Shown: piece after piece, positions 33,837 to 44,914 of the stretch | How positions within the stretch are numbered: the stretch's first letter is position 1 | Layout of the letters: every line of letters begins with the position of its first letter | Assembly (NCBI GenBank): GCA_946965045.2 | Contig: OX337231.1 | Coordinates: 1,426,001 to 1,490,000 of the forward strand | Source of the DNA: Epithemia pelagica | Lineage: Eukaryota; Protista; Bacillariophyta | Length of the DNA: 64,000 bases | Reading direction: 5' to 3' | The notes under the pieces: generated by a model | Database searches by the model: none | The model's input: the letters and a program-made list of their open reading frames with translations, nothing else | What the model was told of the DNA's origin: nothing | Program-made: the position numbers and the translations under genes

Positions 33837-34109
33837 GATTTCCACTCCTCCGAGTCCTCTCTAGAGCATCATCGTCGGTGGCAAAACGGCTTCTTGTTTT
33901 CTTCGAAGTGGTCGTCGTGTGTCGTGCAAAACTTCCGTGTCGCGCGTTCTGTGGTCTGGGCTCTACTAGGGCTGCTACCTCTATCGTTGTTAGTTGCTAG
34001 CGATGGGCTCTTTGAGATTGAGATGGGTCTAAAGACTACCGAGTATAGTTCATCGCACATTTTGATTCGTTTCATTAGAAAAGCAGCAACGCTACTGTTA
34101 AGAATGTAT

Positions 34110-36790
34110 CTATTTGGCCATTAACAATGCAGGTTGTTTCGCGGCGGCCATTTTCTCGATAGCATGCCACTTCTCGTTCAAGGCATCCAACTTCTTTTTC
34201 GCTTCCTCTTCTTCCCGGAAGTGCGCAGCCGTGCACTTGTCATAGAGAGTCAAGTCGTACTCCATGTACATCTTCAGTACATTTTGGGCCAATCCTTCCA
34301 CAGTCGCATTCCAGTGCCCGGAGGAATTCTTGTACAGCGGTCCGTAGATAATCGGAAGAACAGTCTGTGCGTTCAGTCGCGATAAGCATCCAGAGTTTAC
34401 CAAATGCTCATTATTCCATAAAAATAGGGCTCGCTCCACAACTTGAAAGTGATCCGAATCGAGACAACGCGCCAAGTTCGTAAAGAGCATTGTGCTGACT
34501 TGGGCCAGCTGATCAGCACCGAGAAGCTCCAGAATTTCTTCCAGTTCATTCAAAAACATGACCTGTTTACCACTACAACTCCATGGCCAGCATTTGAAGA
34601 AGCCATTGAGAATTGGAGTTGCCGTGTCAGCATCTTTCTCCACGTATTGAATGATACAATACGACAACTGTTGGTGGTAAAGCGCCACACATTTGGGCTT
34701 GTGCAAGGGAATGAGCGCTCTCACCAAAAACTGTAAATGCTCTTTCTTGAGTGGAATTGCAAAACCATTAATGATGGAGCCCAGAATTTCGAGCAACTCC
34801 CCAATTCCATTGTGACGCTCGGTTTCATAAACAAATCGATAAAAGACGTTGGAAATGGCTCTCCGAATAAAGGATCTGTGCGACATGAATTTCCCGTAGA
34901 TACGGTGAAGAATCGTTTTGAGGTAGTCACGTTCGCGAGGGTCCTCACTGTCAAAGAGTTCCACGAGTTGAAGACAGAACTTTTGATCCACATACTTCTT
35001 CGCCGCCTTGGCGTTCACTTCCGAGCTCACAATGAATCGAAGGAAAAACTCATAGGCAACCTGGAGATGGGGCCATGCAGGTTCCAAGACGGGCTCATCT
35101 TCTTCCGGATCAAAATCATCCGTAGCAGGAGGTAACGCGCGGCAGACATTCGCAGATACCATTGCCATCAAGTCCCCCATGACGGATTCGGTGAAAATCT
35201 TTTGGCCCGCAGGTGTGTTTACATAATCCACAAGCTCCAAAAGAGTTTGACGTTTCATGTCTTTTCCCCGTTTATCAGCTGTTGGATCGTCAAACGAAAA
35301 GATAACACTACAAAGTTTCAGTTTGTGCACAAACAGTTCTTCGCGTTTGGTAGGTGGTGCATCGCGAAGTGCTGGCAGGTCTTTCAAGGCGGATCGGTCC
35401 GCACCCGGTGTTTTGACCTGAACTCTCTCCAAGTCGGCTCCTCCAACATGACCACCATGTTTCTTTTCAGGTGTACTCTGTACCTTCTTCGAAAGAGCGG
35501 CAGCAGCAGAAGGGGCAAGGGACATGGAAGCATTGGCTCTAGGAGCCCGACGTTTTTGGTCCGCCTGAGCAGCCGCAGCAGTGTCGGAATCCACCTGCAA
35601 AAAACAACTAGTAGGTGAGTATCATTCCAGTCAACTTGACTACAAAACAGACAGTCCCCAAACACACCAGAACACTTGGTCTCAGGTCATCTTGGTGGAG
35701 TGGAAGCATTCGCGTTAAACGAGGTGTCAATCGATCTCTTCTCCTCGTTCGAAACTTTTGTGCACACGCTTTGTCATCCAGCGGCAAGTGGTATTTGGTG
35801 GTGGTCAATGCCTTTGGTCGAGGCGACAGCCACTCCAACATCAAAGGTATGATTCCTCTGTCACAGACATTGCGAACAGGTTCTGGAAGATACGATGAGC
35901 GAGGAATCTTTTGGGGCGCTTCACTTTGACAGGGTTGGTTGGTCGGTACAGTCGTTTCGACGACATCGTCCGAAGAAGTGTCTAAATCCAGCATGCACAT
36001 CCACGACGATGTAACGTAACACGGTCCATTCAAATCGTCATTCAACGCTGACGCATCTTGAAACTCGGGAAGATACGGGATCTCGTTCTCTTCCCCTTCT
36101 CCTGGAGAGGAAAACGGTGGCGAAGATAGTTCTGGAGAACCATTCGAGGAGCCATTCGAGCCAGTAGATTGCGATGGAGACTCGGGCATGGACATGGTGA
36201 CAAACGATGATGTATACCAAAACCCAGGATCCAGTGGAGCATCCACTTCGTACTCCACTTCGACCAACATCGTGCCGGACCCTTCCCGTGTTTACCTACG
36301 GTCCCACGAACATCCACAAGACAGAGACGCGCTGATTGCGTGGATTGCCCATGGGAACTTGCACCGAGGTGCAATCTCTCTCACCCCGCACGACGGAGAC
36401 GAACGAGTCCACGAATTTTCGCACTACATAGCGCGAACACAAATTTGCAACGAGCGCGCCCGCAATAAATGGCCAATACGCCAACGAATATAGTCCCGGC
36501 AAAAACGAGTCACGATGGAATTTGGAATCCACGGAAATCGACGTAACGAAACGAGAAAACGAACGACGACCATGAAAGGAGGTACCGTTGTCCACCTTGT
36601 TTGCTTCCTTCGTCCGTTCTTGACGTAATCCTCGAATCATGATCGCGAATTTGCAATCCATGGAACGACTCAACGAAAAAGGACCAACCAACAAAAGAAC
36701 AAACGAACAGGATGACCATGTCCGGACGGATTGTTGGGGACCCACCTTGTTTGCTTGCTTCTTTCCTCCTTTACGTAACCCTCGAATCAT
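34110..36790 (-). CDS. PPP2R5: PP2A regulatory subunit B'/B56; main exon 35594-34110, first exon ambiguous
   Basis: EEDEPVLEPAWPHLQVAYEFF, LFDSEDPRERDYLKTILHRIYGKF, HFQVVERALFLWNN. Acceptor TTTTTTGCAG at 35595 with a CTCAC branch site. Candidate first exons 36790-36746, 36640-36596 and 36270-35668. Confidence 0.85.
36545..36790. repeat. Imperfect 150-bp-period tandem duplication containing the candidate first exon
   Basis: CCACCTTGTTTGCTT…CTCGAATCAT at 36592-36640 and 36742-36790, with similar adjacent sequence. Confidence 0.85.
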
Positions 36791-37174
36791 TTTGATGATT
36801 GCAGATTGATTGGATTGACTCGAAAGATGGAAATGGAAGGTAGGAAGATGGAGCTGAAACGATCGCCGCTGTACTCTGTTGTTATGTCTCTGTCCTCTTT
36901 GTCTTTACACTCCAAAGCTCCTCCACGGTGTGCGGTGCACAGCGCGATGGTATGGGGAGTGGGAGTGGGGCCCGGGTTTTCGCGATAAGTCTAGAGTAGA
37001 TAGTACAGAAGGGTGCACAGGAGCCCTGTACTGTTTTATCGACAGTAATACGGGACTCAATCAATCACATCTATCGTTCAAACCTTACCCTGATAACATG
37101 AGACTACTCCTACTCCTAACTTACTCCTACTCCCCTAATCTCATCAAGGACAGGGAACTTCTACATACCATCTC

Positions 37175-38458
37175 TCATGAGATCGCCATGGCCATTCCAC
37201 GGAGTAGGAACACGGTTCCAATCAGTGACGTCGTTATGGTGACCAAGAGGACCGGTATTAGATCAAACGCATAACCAGTCGCTACTTGGAACTGGATGGG
37301 TCCCTGGATTGCCGAAACAAAGGATTGTTGCTTCCAAAGCAACGTGCCTTCTACATTTTGGAATTCCTCCGCCACTGCTACAACCGCCGGTGAAAGAAGG
37401 GTAATCCATGGAGGTGAATCCGTCTCGGTCTGGAGGGGCTCGGGATAGCGAATGTGCAACAAGGTATCCCAGTGAAACCGCCATTCGTCTCCCATATCGT
37501 TCGGATACACGTAGGTTCCTTGAACTCGGTAGAGGATTGTATGCGATGGACTCACAAAGGATGGCTCCTCCTGGTCGATCACAATGTGGGGATGAGTCAT
37601 CAAGTCAATGGTTGTGGTGGCATCTTGTTTGTCACCAACTTGGAAGGCATCTTCCACGTTAATAAACAATCCTGAGGGAATGTGTACCACAATCCAAATG
37701 GAAAACTTGGTACTTGATGCGTTGCGGAAATTCACTGGAACGGGTAGTAGCATGCGGAGTTCATGGTGGAGTCTCCGATGCATGCCACCCTCCTCTGATA
37801 GGACCGACGTGACATTGACATGGAAACGGGGTTCTTGCTCCGCCTCACTGGAATTCATTTTGCCACGGAATGTCAGGGACTGACTTCCTGGTAATGAATC
37901 TATCAAATCATAGGACGACAGGAAGCGTTCCAGCAGAGGTGTTGGGGTGGTGCCAGTAGTGTTGGTGTCGATCCAAACTCCGGTTCGTCCTTCCTCATCC
38001 CACACCAAGTATCTCCACACCATGGAAGGCGAAACCACGGAAGAAGGAGATCTTGATGTATCAAAAAGTTCGGTAACAAATAGTAGACTCGGTAGTATCC
38101 AATGGCTCGCTTCATCCAGTGTGAGGTCGGGGAGACGGGTGCTGGCCATCTGGTCGCGACATGTACCATGTGCGTCGTCATTTTGTAAAGGCAGTTGGTG
38201 TCGAGTATTCCAGTATTCCAAAGCGTGATGAATTGCATTGCAGCACTGTTCTCCTGGATTTTCCGATGAAAGGGTTCCATTCGACTCGGGCGATAGTAAA
38301 AAGCACTGGAATTGAAGGATTGTCGATCGAGTGGTTTGCCAGGACGATGCCATGAGCACAACATCACCATTTTCTATCCCATCTCGTCCTTCCAGGGATG
38401 CCCATTGGGCATTTCCCAAAATGGATGCGAAGACAAGGGAAAGCCACAGACAACGCAT
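37175..38458 (-). CDS. PIGX: GPI mannosyltransferase I subunit PIG-X/PBN1
   Basis: Signal peptide; GGMHRRL, HIPSGLFINVED, IDQEEPSFVS, LHIRYP; C-terminal TM. Confidence 0.7.
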   Translation of the reverse strand: MRCLWLSLVFASILGNAQWASLEGRDGIENGDVVLMASSWQTTRSTILQFQCFLLSPESNGTLSSENPGEQCCNAIHHALEYWNTRHQLPLQNDDAHGTCRDQMASTRLPDLTLDEASHWILPSLLFVTELFDTSRSPSSVVSPSMVWRYLVWDEEGRTGVWIDTNTTGTTPTPLLERFLSSYDLIDSLPGSQSLTFRGKMNSSEAEQEPRFHVNVTSVLSEEGGMHRRLHHELRMLLPVPVNFRNASSTKFSIWIVVHIPSGLFINVEDAFQVGDKQDATTTIDLMTHPHIVIDQEEPSFVSPSHTILYRVQGTYVYPNDMGDEWRFHWDTLLHIRYPEPLQTETDSPPWITLLSPAVVAVAEEFQNVEGTLLWKQQSFVSAIQGPIQFQVATGYAFDLIPVLLVTITTSLIGTVFLLRGMAMAIS

Positions 38459-39081
38459 CTGGTTTGCAGGATCTCATACCACAAAAGATCTCGCATAGGT
38501 AGCCTTGAAACATTTATTTCGAACCTTCTGCCCCTCCCATTGATGTGCCACCGGTCGCGTGTGCCCGCCCCGATCCCCCGAATATTTGGCTCGGCCTTCT
38601 CTTCTTTTGTCCAACCGACTCTTGCAAACTACACGACTGACCACTATGGTGCAAACCCGTATACACTCCATCGTTTGCACTTTTTCAAATGTATGTGACT
38701 TCTTGGACAGAACGGATTCGATACGGATGGGAATCGGATGATTTAGTTAAGCCTACACGACAATTGGACAGTAACAGACAAATAAGTCCGATACTACCGG
38801 TAAACTACGGTTATCCAGGATCTCTCCGACAACTTTTTCTCACAAAAAGACCGATCCACAATCAAAATCAAGCTCTGGCATCAGCAAAACGCAATTTTGC
38901 TGATTGCTGCTGCAAGACAGTTTGTGCTCGTAGGTTGTAGGATTGGGGCTAATCATTCATACGTTGAACGAACGGAGGAGGGCTGCTAGAGCTTCATTAA
39001 TACGGGGGTGTTTGGCACGTTGATACCGAAAAAGAAAATTGGAGGAACTTGTTCCTGGAGCTTCATTGACCCAACAACAGC

Positions 39082-41607
39082 ATGTTTCCTTTCCGTCCAT
39101 TCCTTTTCTCCATTGTGAGTCTGTTGCTCCTCCTGTTGGCATCATCCGTCACGGCCAATGTTGGCCAAGCGCCGGATCGCAACGGTGTTCCCAAGACGGT
39201 CAAGATCACAATTCCAACCGAGATCCCTGAAGGATACGTGAGCTATGATATTCCCCCCATTAGCGTTCAGTTTCGATCGGTCAATACGCTCTCTGGAGAT
39301 CCTGAGAAGGATGCCGCACAACTGCAGTCGGAATTGGCAAACCCACTCAAGAACGTTGTCGGCTTGTTCATCAAAGACAGCTTTGAAATCGAAATCGCCA
39401 AACTGTTAAAGAACGAGGCCGATACGACACCCCCATTGATCTTTGATTTTGTGTCGCTGGATTTTCAAGTTACCATTCGACATCAATTTATTCACGATGC
39501 CCAACGTCGTCGCCTCAACTCTCCAGGAGATGGAGGTATGTGGTACTTGGACTTTTATTCGGACTTTGTGGGGCGCGCTTACTTCATTCAGCCGGAAGAT
39601 GGAGACGCAGGTGGTAGCCTTCTTCCCACCCATGATTACATGCATGATTTGATGTTGGGATGGATCAATCATTATGTTGCTGATACTAGCGACATTGTGG
39701 CTTCCTTTGAGAACAGCAATACACCGCTTTTGGCCAACATTGAATCCCTGAAAATCACGACGGATACAACGGCACCCTATCCTCCAAATGGCAGCCACAA
39801 CAACAACAGCGGAGAAGAGGATTCCGAGTCGGCGCGTAGCAAGTGGGGTCGCGTCATTTTTGCATCCCTGGTGGTCTTTTGTTGCGTGGCACTGGTTGTA
39901 GTCGGGGCCTTGTTGTTCCGATATTCCCTGCCGTATATTGTCCCATACTTTCAAGACCACTCCATTGATGCTACACACAACAAGGGCCCACTAGCAACTG
40001 TGTTCCCCATTCATCATTATCGAAACAGAAGCACCGCGGAAACGCATCAGGATAAAACCATTTCGCCGAATAGGGGATGCGATGGAGACGTTGAGCCTGG
40101 TAGGAATGACCCCTTACCTGGAAGACGAGGGGATGCCGACGAAGAAATGATTATTCGGCAGCAAAACGATCAGTGGCTCAAAGAGAACCGACCGGATCTC
40201 TATGAAGCTGTGCAAAGGTCCACAACCTCTTCAGCTGGCTCGAATCATGCGCATCCATTTGACGAACAAGGGAACAGTCACTCCTCCAGCAAAAAGCGAA
40301 ACTCACAGCCAATGCAGTTCTTGCTTGGAGGGTTGTTCAAGATGCGCAAAGGAAATCCAACCCAAGAAGTCTTACCCCAAAGCAGCGAAGAATTTAGAAT
40401 TTCAGACGACCATGACCTACAAGCATCATTCTCAGAAGGATTGGGTCCCATGGAAGGTGGAGCTCCCAACTGGTGGAACATGGTTGTTCAAGGTCTCACC
40501 GGGAGCAGACTGGCCTGTGAAGAGGACCCATCCAACTACAATTTCGCGTTCCAAGATTTTCCACGACACGACGGAACACCCTGCTTGATTTACAGTGAAA
40601 ATGGAGATGGCTCATCTCAGGTAGTGCGTACTGAAAATGGCACCGCCGACATGTCTCGTCCACTTTCACCCTCGGATCCTCTCAGTAACGATGAATTCAA
40701 GCGAGTTTTGTCTTTGAACGGTGCTGATGATGCCTTCAGTCTTGACGAAAAGCTGGAGGAGGAGGAGTTTGAGGACGAGATTATCATTAGTTCGCCTCTT
40801 CCGAAATCCCAACAGTTTACCGATAAGTTGGAGCGCTTGGTTGCCATGCGCCTTCGGCATTACGAACGTCAAAATTTGTTGGAGAAACACAAAAAGACGC
40901 GCGAACAACGTGAACAAGAAGAGTCTCGCCAACGCGTGCAAGAAGAATCGCGCCAGCGTGAATTAAAGCTTCGACGTCACGAGATGGAATTGGACATGAA
41001 TGAAATTGAAGGCCGATTAGCGCCCCGTTCCATTGCCCGAAGGGATCGGCAGACTTCTGGCGGAACCATGCCCTCGTCTAATTCTCCCACAGATGCACCT
41101 AGAGGGGACCCAATGCGCCAATCGTCTGCTCCGACAATGGAGGTTCGAAAATCACACCGCATAACGGCCAGTGATCCAGACTTTTGCAGCATTTCTTCCA
41201 TTAGCTCCAACGGAAGCTTTTCTTTGAGTGAACGTCCACAGGGGAAGAGGATTCCAGCTCATATTCCTACAACGTCGAGAAAATCGGACAGTCATCTGAA
41301 TAGTCGGACCTCAGTTCCTCGCCACGACTCTGGCAGAATGACCACCATTGATACCTCACCACCAGCAGAGTCGTTGCGTGATGTCATTTACCCCACGCCC
41401 ACTGCTGTGGCATCGAAACATCTACAAAAGTCCAAAATCGGCCGACAACGAAGTCACCGTCGGTGTTCGTCTTATGGAACAGATTCCGCCGACGTGATCA
41501 AAAAGTCACCGTCGGTCGATTGTTTGGATGATAGTCGGAGACGAATTTCCAGTGGGAGGGAAGATGTCATGACATTTGGAATTGCAGCATACACGGATTT
41601 TGTATGA
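39082..41607 (+). CDS. Type I membrane protein with SEA-like ectodomain and long low-complexity cytoplasmic tail (841 aa)
   Basis: Signal peptide, QRRRL motif, TM VIFASLVVFCCVALVVVGALLF, coiled-coil and Ser-rich tail. Confidence 0.75.
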   Translation: MFPFRPFLFSIVSLLLLLLASSVTANVGQAPDRNGVPKTVKITIPTEIPEGYVSYDIPPISVQFRSVNTLSGDPEKDAAQLQSELANPLKNVVGLFIKDSFEIEIAKLLKNEADTTPPLIFDFVSLDFQVTIRHQFIHDAQRRRLNSPGDGGMWYLDFYSDFVGRAYFIQPEDGDAGGSLLPTHDYMHDLMLGWINHYVADTSDIVASFENSNTPLLANIESLKITTDTTAPYPPNGSHNNNSGEEDSESARSKWGRVIFASLVVFCCVALVVVGALLFRYSLPYIVPYFQDHSIDATHNKGPLATVFPIHHYRNRSTAETHQDKTISPNRGCDGDVEPGRNDPLPGRRGDADEEMIIRQQNDQWLKENRPDLYEAVQRSTTSSAGSNHAHPFDEQGNSHSSSKKRNSQPMQFLLGGLFKMRKGNPTQEVLPQSSEEFRISDDHDLQASFSEGLGPMEGGAPNWWNMVVQGLTGSRLACEEDPSNYNFAFQDFPRHDGTPCLIYSENGDGSSQVVRTENGTADMSRPLSPSDPLSNDEFKRVLSLNGADDAFSLDEKLEEEEFEDEIIISSPLPKSQQFTDKLERLVAMRLRHYERQNLLEKHKKTREQREQEESRQRVQEESRQRELKLRRHEMELDMNEIEGRLAPRSIARRDRQTSGGTMPSSNSPTDAPRGDPMRQSSAPTMEVRKSHRITASDPDFCSISSISSNGSFSLSERPQGKRIPAHIPTTSRKSDSHLNSRTSVPRHDSGRMTTIDTSPPAESLRDVIYPTPTAVASKHLQKSKIGRQRSHRRCSSYGTDSADVIKKSPSVDCLDDSRRRISSGREDVMTFGIAAYTDFV

Positions 41608-41821
41608 AACGATCCGTGAAAGTGTAGTTTTTCGTGCATACAAAACTTACATCTATTAGTAGACAGTATTACATCATTATTCATTGGATTCAGAATATAA
41701 CTGACGGTTCCAGGACCTCGAATGACTGGGAATCGAGCAGAAAAATACAAATGACCCAGTGGCCGGAAGCACTGGGAGGCAACGTTAACCAGGATAGAAG
41801 TTTCCAGGTACTATGCTTCTC

Positions 41822-43117
41822 CTAGAATGAACATAATGTCATGGCAGGATCCGAATCGGACGAACATTGCGAATCCTCGTCTGGATCCTGTGGTCGGTGA
41901 TTGTGCTCCTCCTCTTGCCTTTGCTTATGGTTCATAAAGCGCGTAAATCTCTGGGCCCATTCTTCATCCTCGAGAGCTGCGCTGCCAAAGTCATCATGGC
42001 GGCGAGGAACGCTCGGTTCCAAATCACCCACATGGTGGTGACCCACATTGTACGATAGGGAATACAGACTCTGACCAAAGGAGCTGACCGTATCGGCATC
42101 TCCCAGTCCTATCCGTATATGACCATTTTCGACCATGTCATAGCTGGTGCTGTCTTCACTCAAGGCCGTGGATTGGGAGTCATTGGTCATGTTTTGGGAT
42201 TGCTTGTCGGTTTTCCCACCGCGTCGTTGCTTTTGTCTATGGACCATCCATTCACGTTTCTTCTTTCGTGATTCCCTCATGACGGTCCGTACTTGACAAG
42301 CTCCAAAAATGACACAGATTCCAGTTGCCGTGAGGAAAAAGGCAACGCCAATGGCAACGTAAAACAGGTAGTCTTCTTGTTCCTTGACAAACGAAGACTC
42401 GCTTTTGTTTGTCGTAGTACCCTTCTTCTCGAGTAGTGTGGGTGCATCCTCCACAGTCACTTGGACTTGCTCCACTACTCGAAGAAGCAATGGATCGTGA
42501 TCATGGTACCAAGGCAACAGACGGTCAATGCGATCTTCAAAGGCAAAACGGAGAGTCGTTTGAATAATGGTTTCAATGCGTTGAACTTCCTTTTGTGAAA
42601 CCTCATGCTGTTGATTGGTCACGTCCGTAACAAAGGTTACATACCCTTGAATGGAGACCAAAATCAAAGAGGTTGGAATGGATTGGAGATTTGGATTGCT
42701 TTCGGTTCCTTGAAAGGCTCGATCAAAGCGGTCAAATGTGATTTGCACCGAATCAAACCGTTCCTCATTTTCCTTGCGAAAGAGGGAGTCAATTTCTTGA
42801 AAGGAAAGCTCGAGGTAGGAACTCGTTGCCAATTGTAGTTTTCGTTGGAGGTCCTTCACGTCCAAATCATCGTCCAACACCGAAAGCTTGACCAAGAATT
42901 GAGGAAGCGGGTACACGTGGACCGAAGAAATCACCACAGTGGTGGTGGCATTGGTGGACAGTGTCGTTGGCGTCTTGTCGACAGCAGTCGTTTCGTTGGC
43001 CAATTGTCGCTCGTGGCTCACTGCACTGCCCAACACGGGGACGGTGCTTCGAGGGGAAAGCCACAGTGCAACCAATAGGACGAGCCGGTATAATTGAAGG
43101 CTCTTGTTGGTATACAT
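41822..43117 (-). CDS. Type I membrane protein with RXL propeptide and SEA-like ectodomain (431 aa)
   Basis: Signal peptide, HERQL, LPQFLVKL…YLELSF…F domain, TM YLFYVAIGVAFFLTATGICVIFGA. Confidence 0.75.
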   Translation of the reverse strand: MYTNKSLQLYRLVLLVALWLSPRSTVPVLGSAVSHERQLANETTAVDKTPTTLSTNATTTVVISSVHVYPLPQFLVKLSVLDDDLDVKDLQRKLQLATSSYLELSFQEIDSLFRKENEERFDSVQITFDRFDRAFQGTESNPNLQSIPTSLILVSIQGYVTFVTDVTNQQHEVSQKEVQRIETIIQTTLRFAFEDRIDRLLPWYHDHDPLLLRVVEQVQVTVEDAPTLLEKKGTTTNKSESSFVKEQEDYLFYVAIGVAFFLTATGICVIFGACQVRTVMRESRKKKREWMVHRQKQRRGGKTDKQSQNMTNDSQSTALSEDSTSYDMVENGHIRIGLGDADTVSSFGQSLYSLSYNVGHHHVGDLEPSVPRRHDDFGSAALEDEEWAQRFTRFMNHKQRQEEEHNHRPQDPDEDSQCSSDSDPAMTLCSF

Positions 43118-43892
43118 TACTTCTCTAGTCTAGAAGCCGCTTGAAAGACGAGAAATTGCAAAAAGTAGGAGAACAAGCCAAGGGAACGGACCCTTTGTCA
43201 AGGATGATTCGCAATCAATCAAAATGGTTGTTCTTGCAACTTGCAACAGATCTCTGTGACCGAGAATGTGGAGGCGTTGGTCACGGATGGACCTGAAGAT
43301 GGATGGATGATACCGAATAGTGTGTGTGTGTCCAATAAATGAGGCTTCGCGCAGCCTCATTTTTTCAAATCCAGTTCCGTCGGCGGGAGAATTCAAGACA
43401 AAAAAAGTGTTACAAACACTGCGATTAGGAAGTTTGAAGCCCCTCCGGTGCGGCATGCGTGAGCGCAGGCCCATCTTTAAGTCAATGATCATGATTTGAT
43501 AGAAGATGTATGATTAAGCCCCGGAAAATGACAAGACTTGCGCAAGTTTGGGGGACTGAGTGCGTCTCAAGTACATTTCAAGGGAAGCCCACCCTCGAAA
43601 AAACAAACAACAATCCCCACTTGAAATCAAACAATGCGATCACACGACTACCTTGTGCATCCGGGACCATGGACATGGTCTTTCAAGATACTCGTAAACA
43701 TACAACAGTCCAGATTTTATAACGCCTACCTAGGTAGTTTACTTCCGAGGGGTGAATACAATGCAGGAGATCCCTTCCTCCTTTCGCACCTCCGTCACTG
43801 CTCCATCGGCACAGAGTGGCGAAAGACTTGAAGGAACGTAGAATTTGCGGAGGCTGCTGGAGAGCACGATATCAAACTCATTTATAAAATAG

Positions 43893-44630
43893 CTAATCTA
43901 ACTTGTCGTGCAATTCATGCATTCGTGATGTCATCTGTGCCTTCAGGGCGTCATCTTTGCAAGTGTTGACGTCCTTGCTCAACTGTTCCAACTCATGTAA
44001 CGTGGCCGTACGGGTAAATCCCTTTCTCATTTCGTCCAATTCGTCTCGAGAACAACGCCGTTTCCTTCCGTGTAATTGATCGTGGGCAAAAAGCCTCTTC
44101 CTCTCGTCCAATTCCGCTTGTAACTTTTCCCGCTCTTCTTCCAGTCGCTTTCTCTCTTCTTTTCGCCTCTCTCTCTCTTGTCGTCGCTCTTGTCGTCGGT
44201 CCAAGATTTGTTCCATTCTCTGCAGGAACTCGTCTTGTTGCTGCATGACTTGTTCTCCTCGCTGCTTTAGCTCTTCTGGTGGAAGGTTTTTCTGTTCGTT
44301 TTGCAGATTTTGCTTGGCACGTCGCACCTTTTGCTCTTCTTCTCGCCACTCTCGTTGTTCTTTTCGCCACTGCTTTTGCTCTTGCTGCCACTCTGTTTCG
44401 TCCAGCATCATTTCTTCCACGGATTGAATATAGGTGGCAATCTTGGTTGTTTCCTCCTGTCGTGACCTGCCCTTGCGTTCCATCCATACAAGGACAAGCT
44501 TCATTAGGTTCAGGGACATGAGCCTGCTACGTGAATCATCGTCTTCTAGTTCCTGTTCGTAATCGAACGACATGTCACTGTCGTTATCCTCGTCGTAATC
44601 GAACGGCATCATGGTGGATGTGGATGGCAT
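43893..44630 (-). CDS. E/Q/R-rich coiled-coil protein of unknown function
   Basis: Open frame from ATG 44630 (245 aa); WQQEQKQWRKEQREWREEEQK helical repeats. Confidence 0.45.
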   Translation of the reverse strand: MPSTSTMMPFDYDEDNDSDMSFDYEQELEDDDSRSRLMSLNLMKLVLVWMERKGRSRQEETTKIATYIQSVEEMMLDETEWQQEQKQWRKEQREWREEEQKVRRAKQNLQNEQKNLPPEELKQRGEQVMQQQDEFLQRMEQILDRRQERRQERERRKEERKRLEEEREKLQAELDERKRLFAHDQLHGRKRRCSRDELDEMRKGFTRTATLHELEQLSKDVNTCKDDALKAQMTSRMHELHDKLD

Positions 44631-44914
44631 GATGGCTCTGTTTGGCGGGGATCTTTCTTTTGGCCGCCATGATTTCTGCAGATTTGCAGACGCGCAGGAT
44701 CTGTGATTTTCAAAATCACGCGGGGATAGATTTTTTGTGACACCGAATACGAGATGGACCGCGCGCACCGCGCAGTTCACATCTTTCTCACACAAAACCT
44801 GGAATCCGATGACGTCAGAGAAACTGATCCATCAACTACTCTTCTCTCTGCAAAAGATCAATGGATGCTGTCAAAGATCATACTTGGAACGCAGTCCAAG
44901 AGTGTCGAACAACC

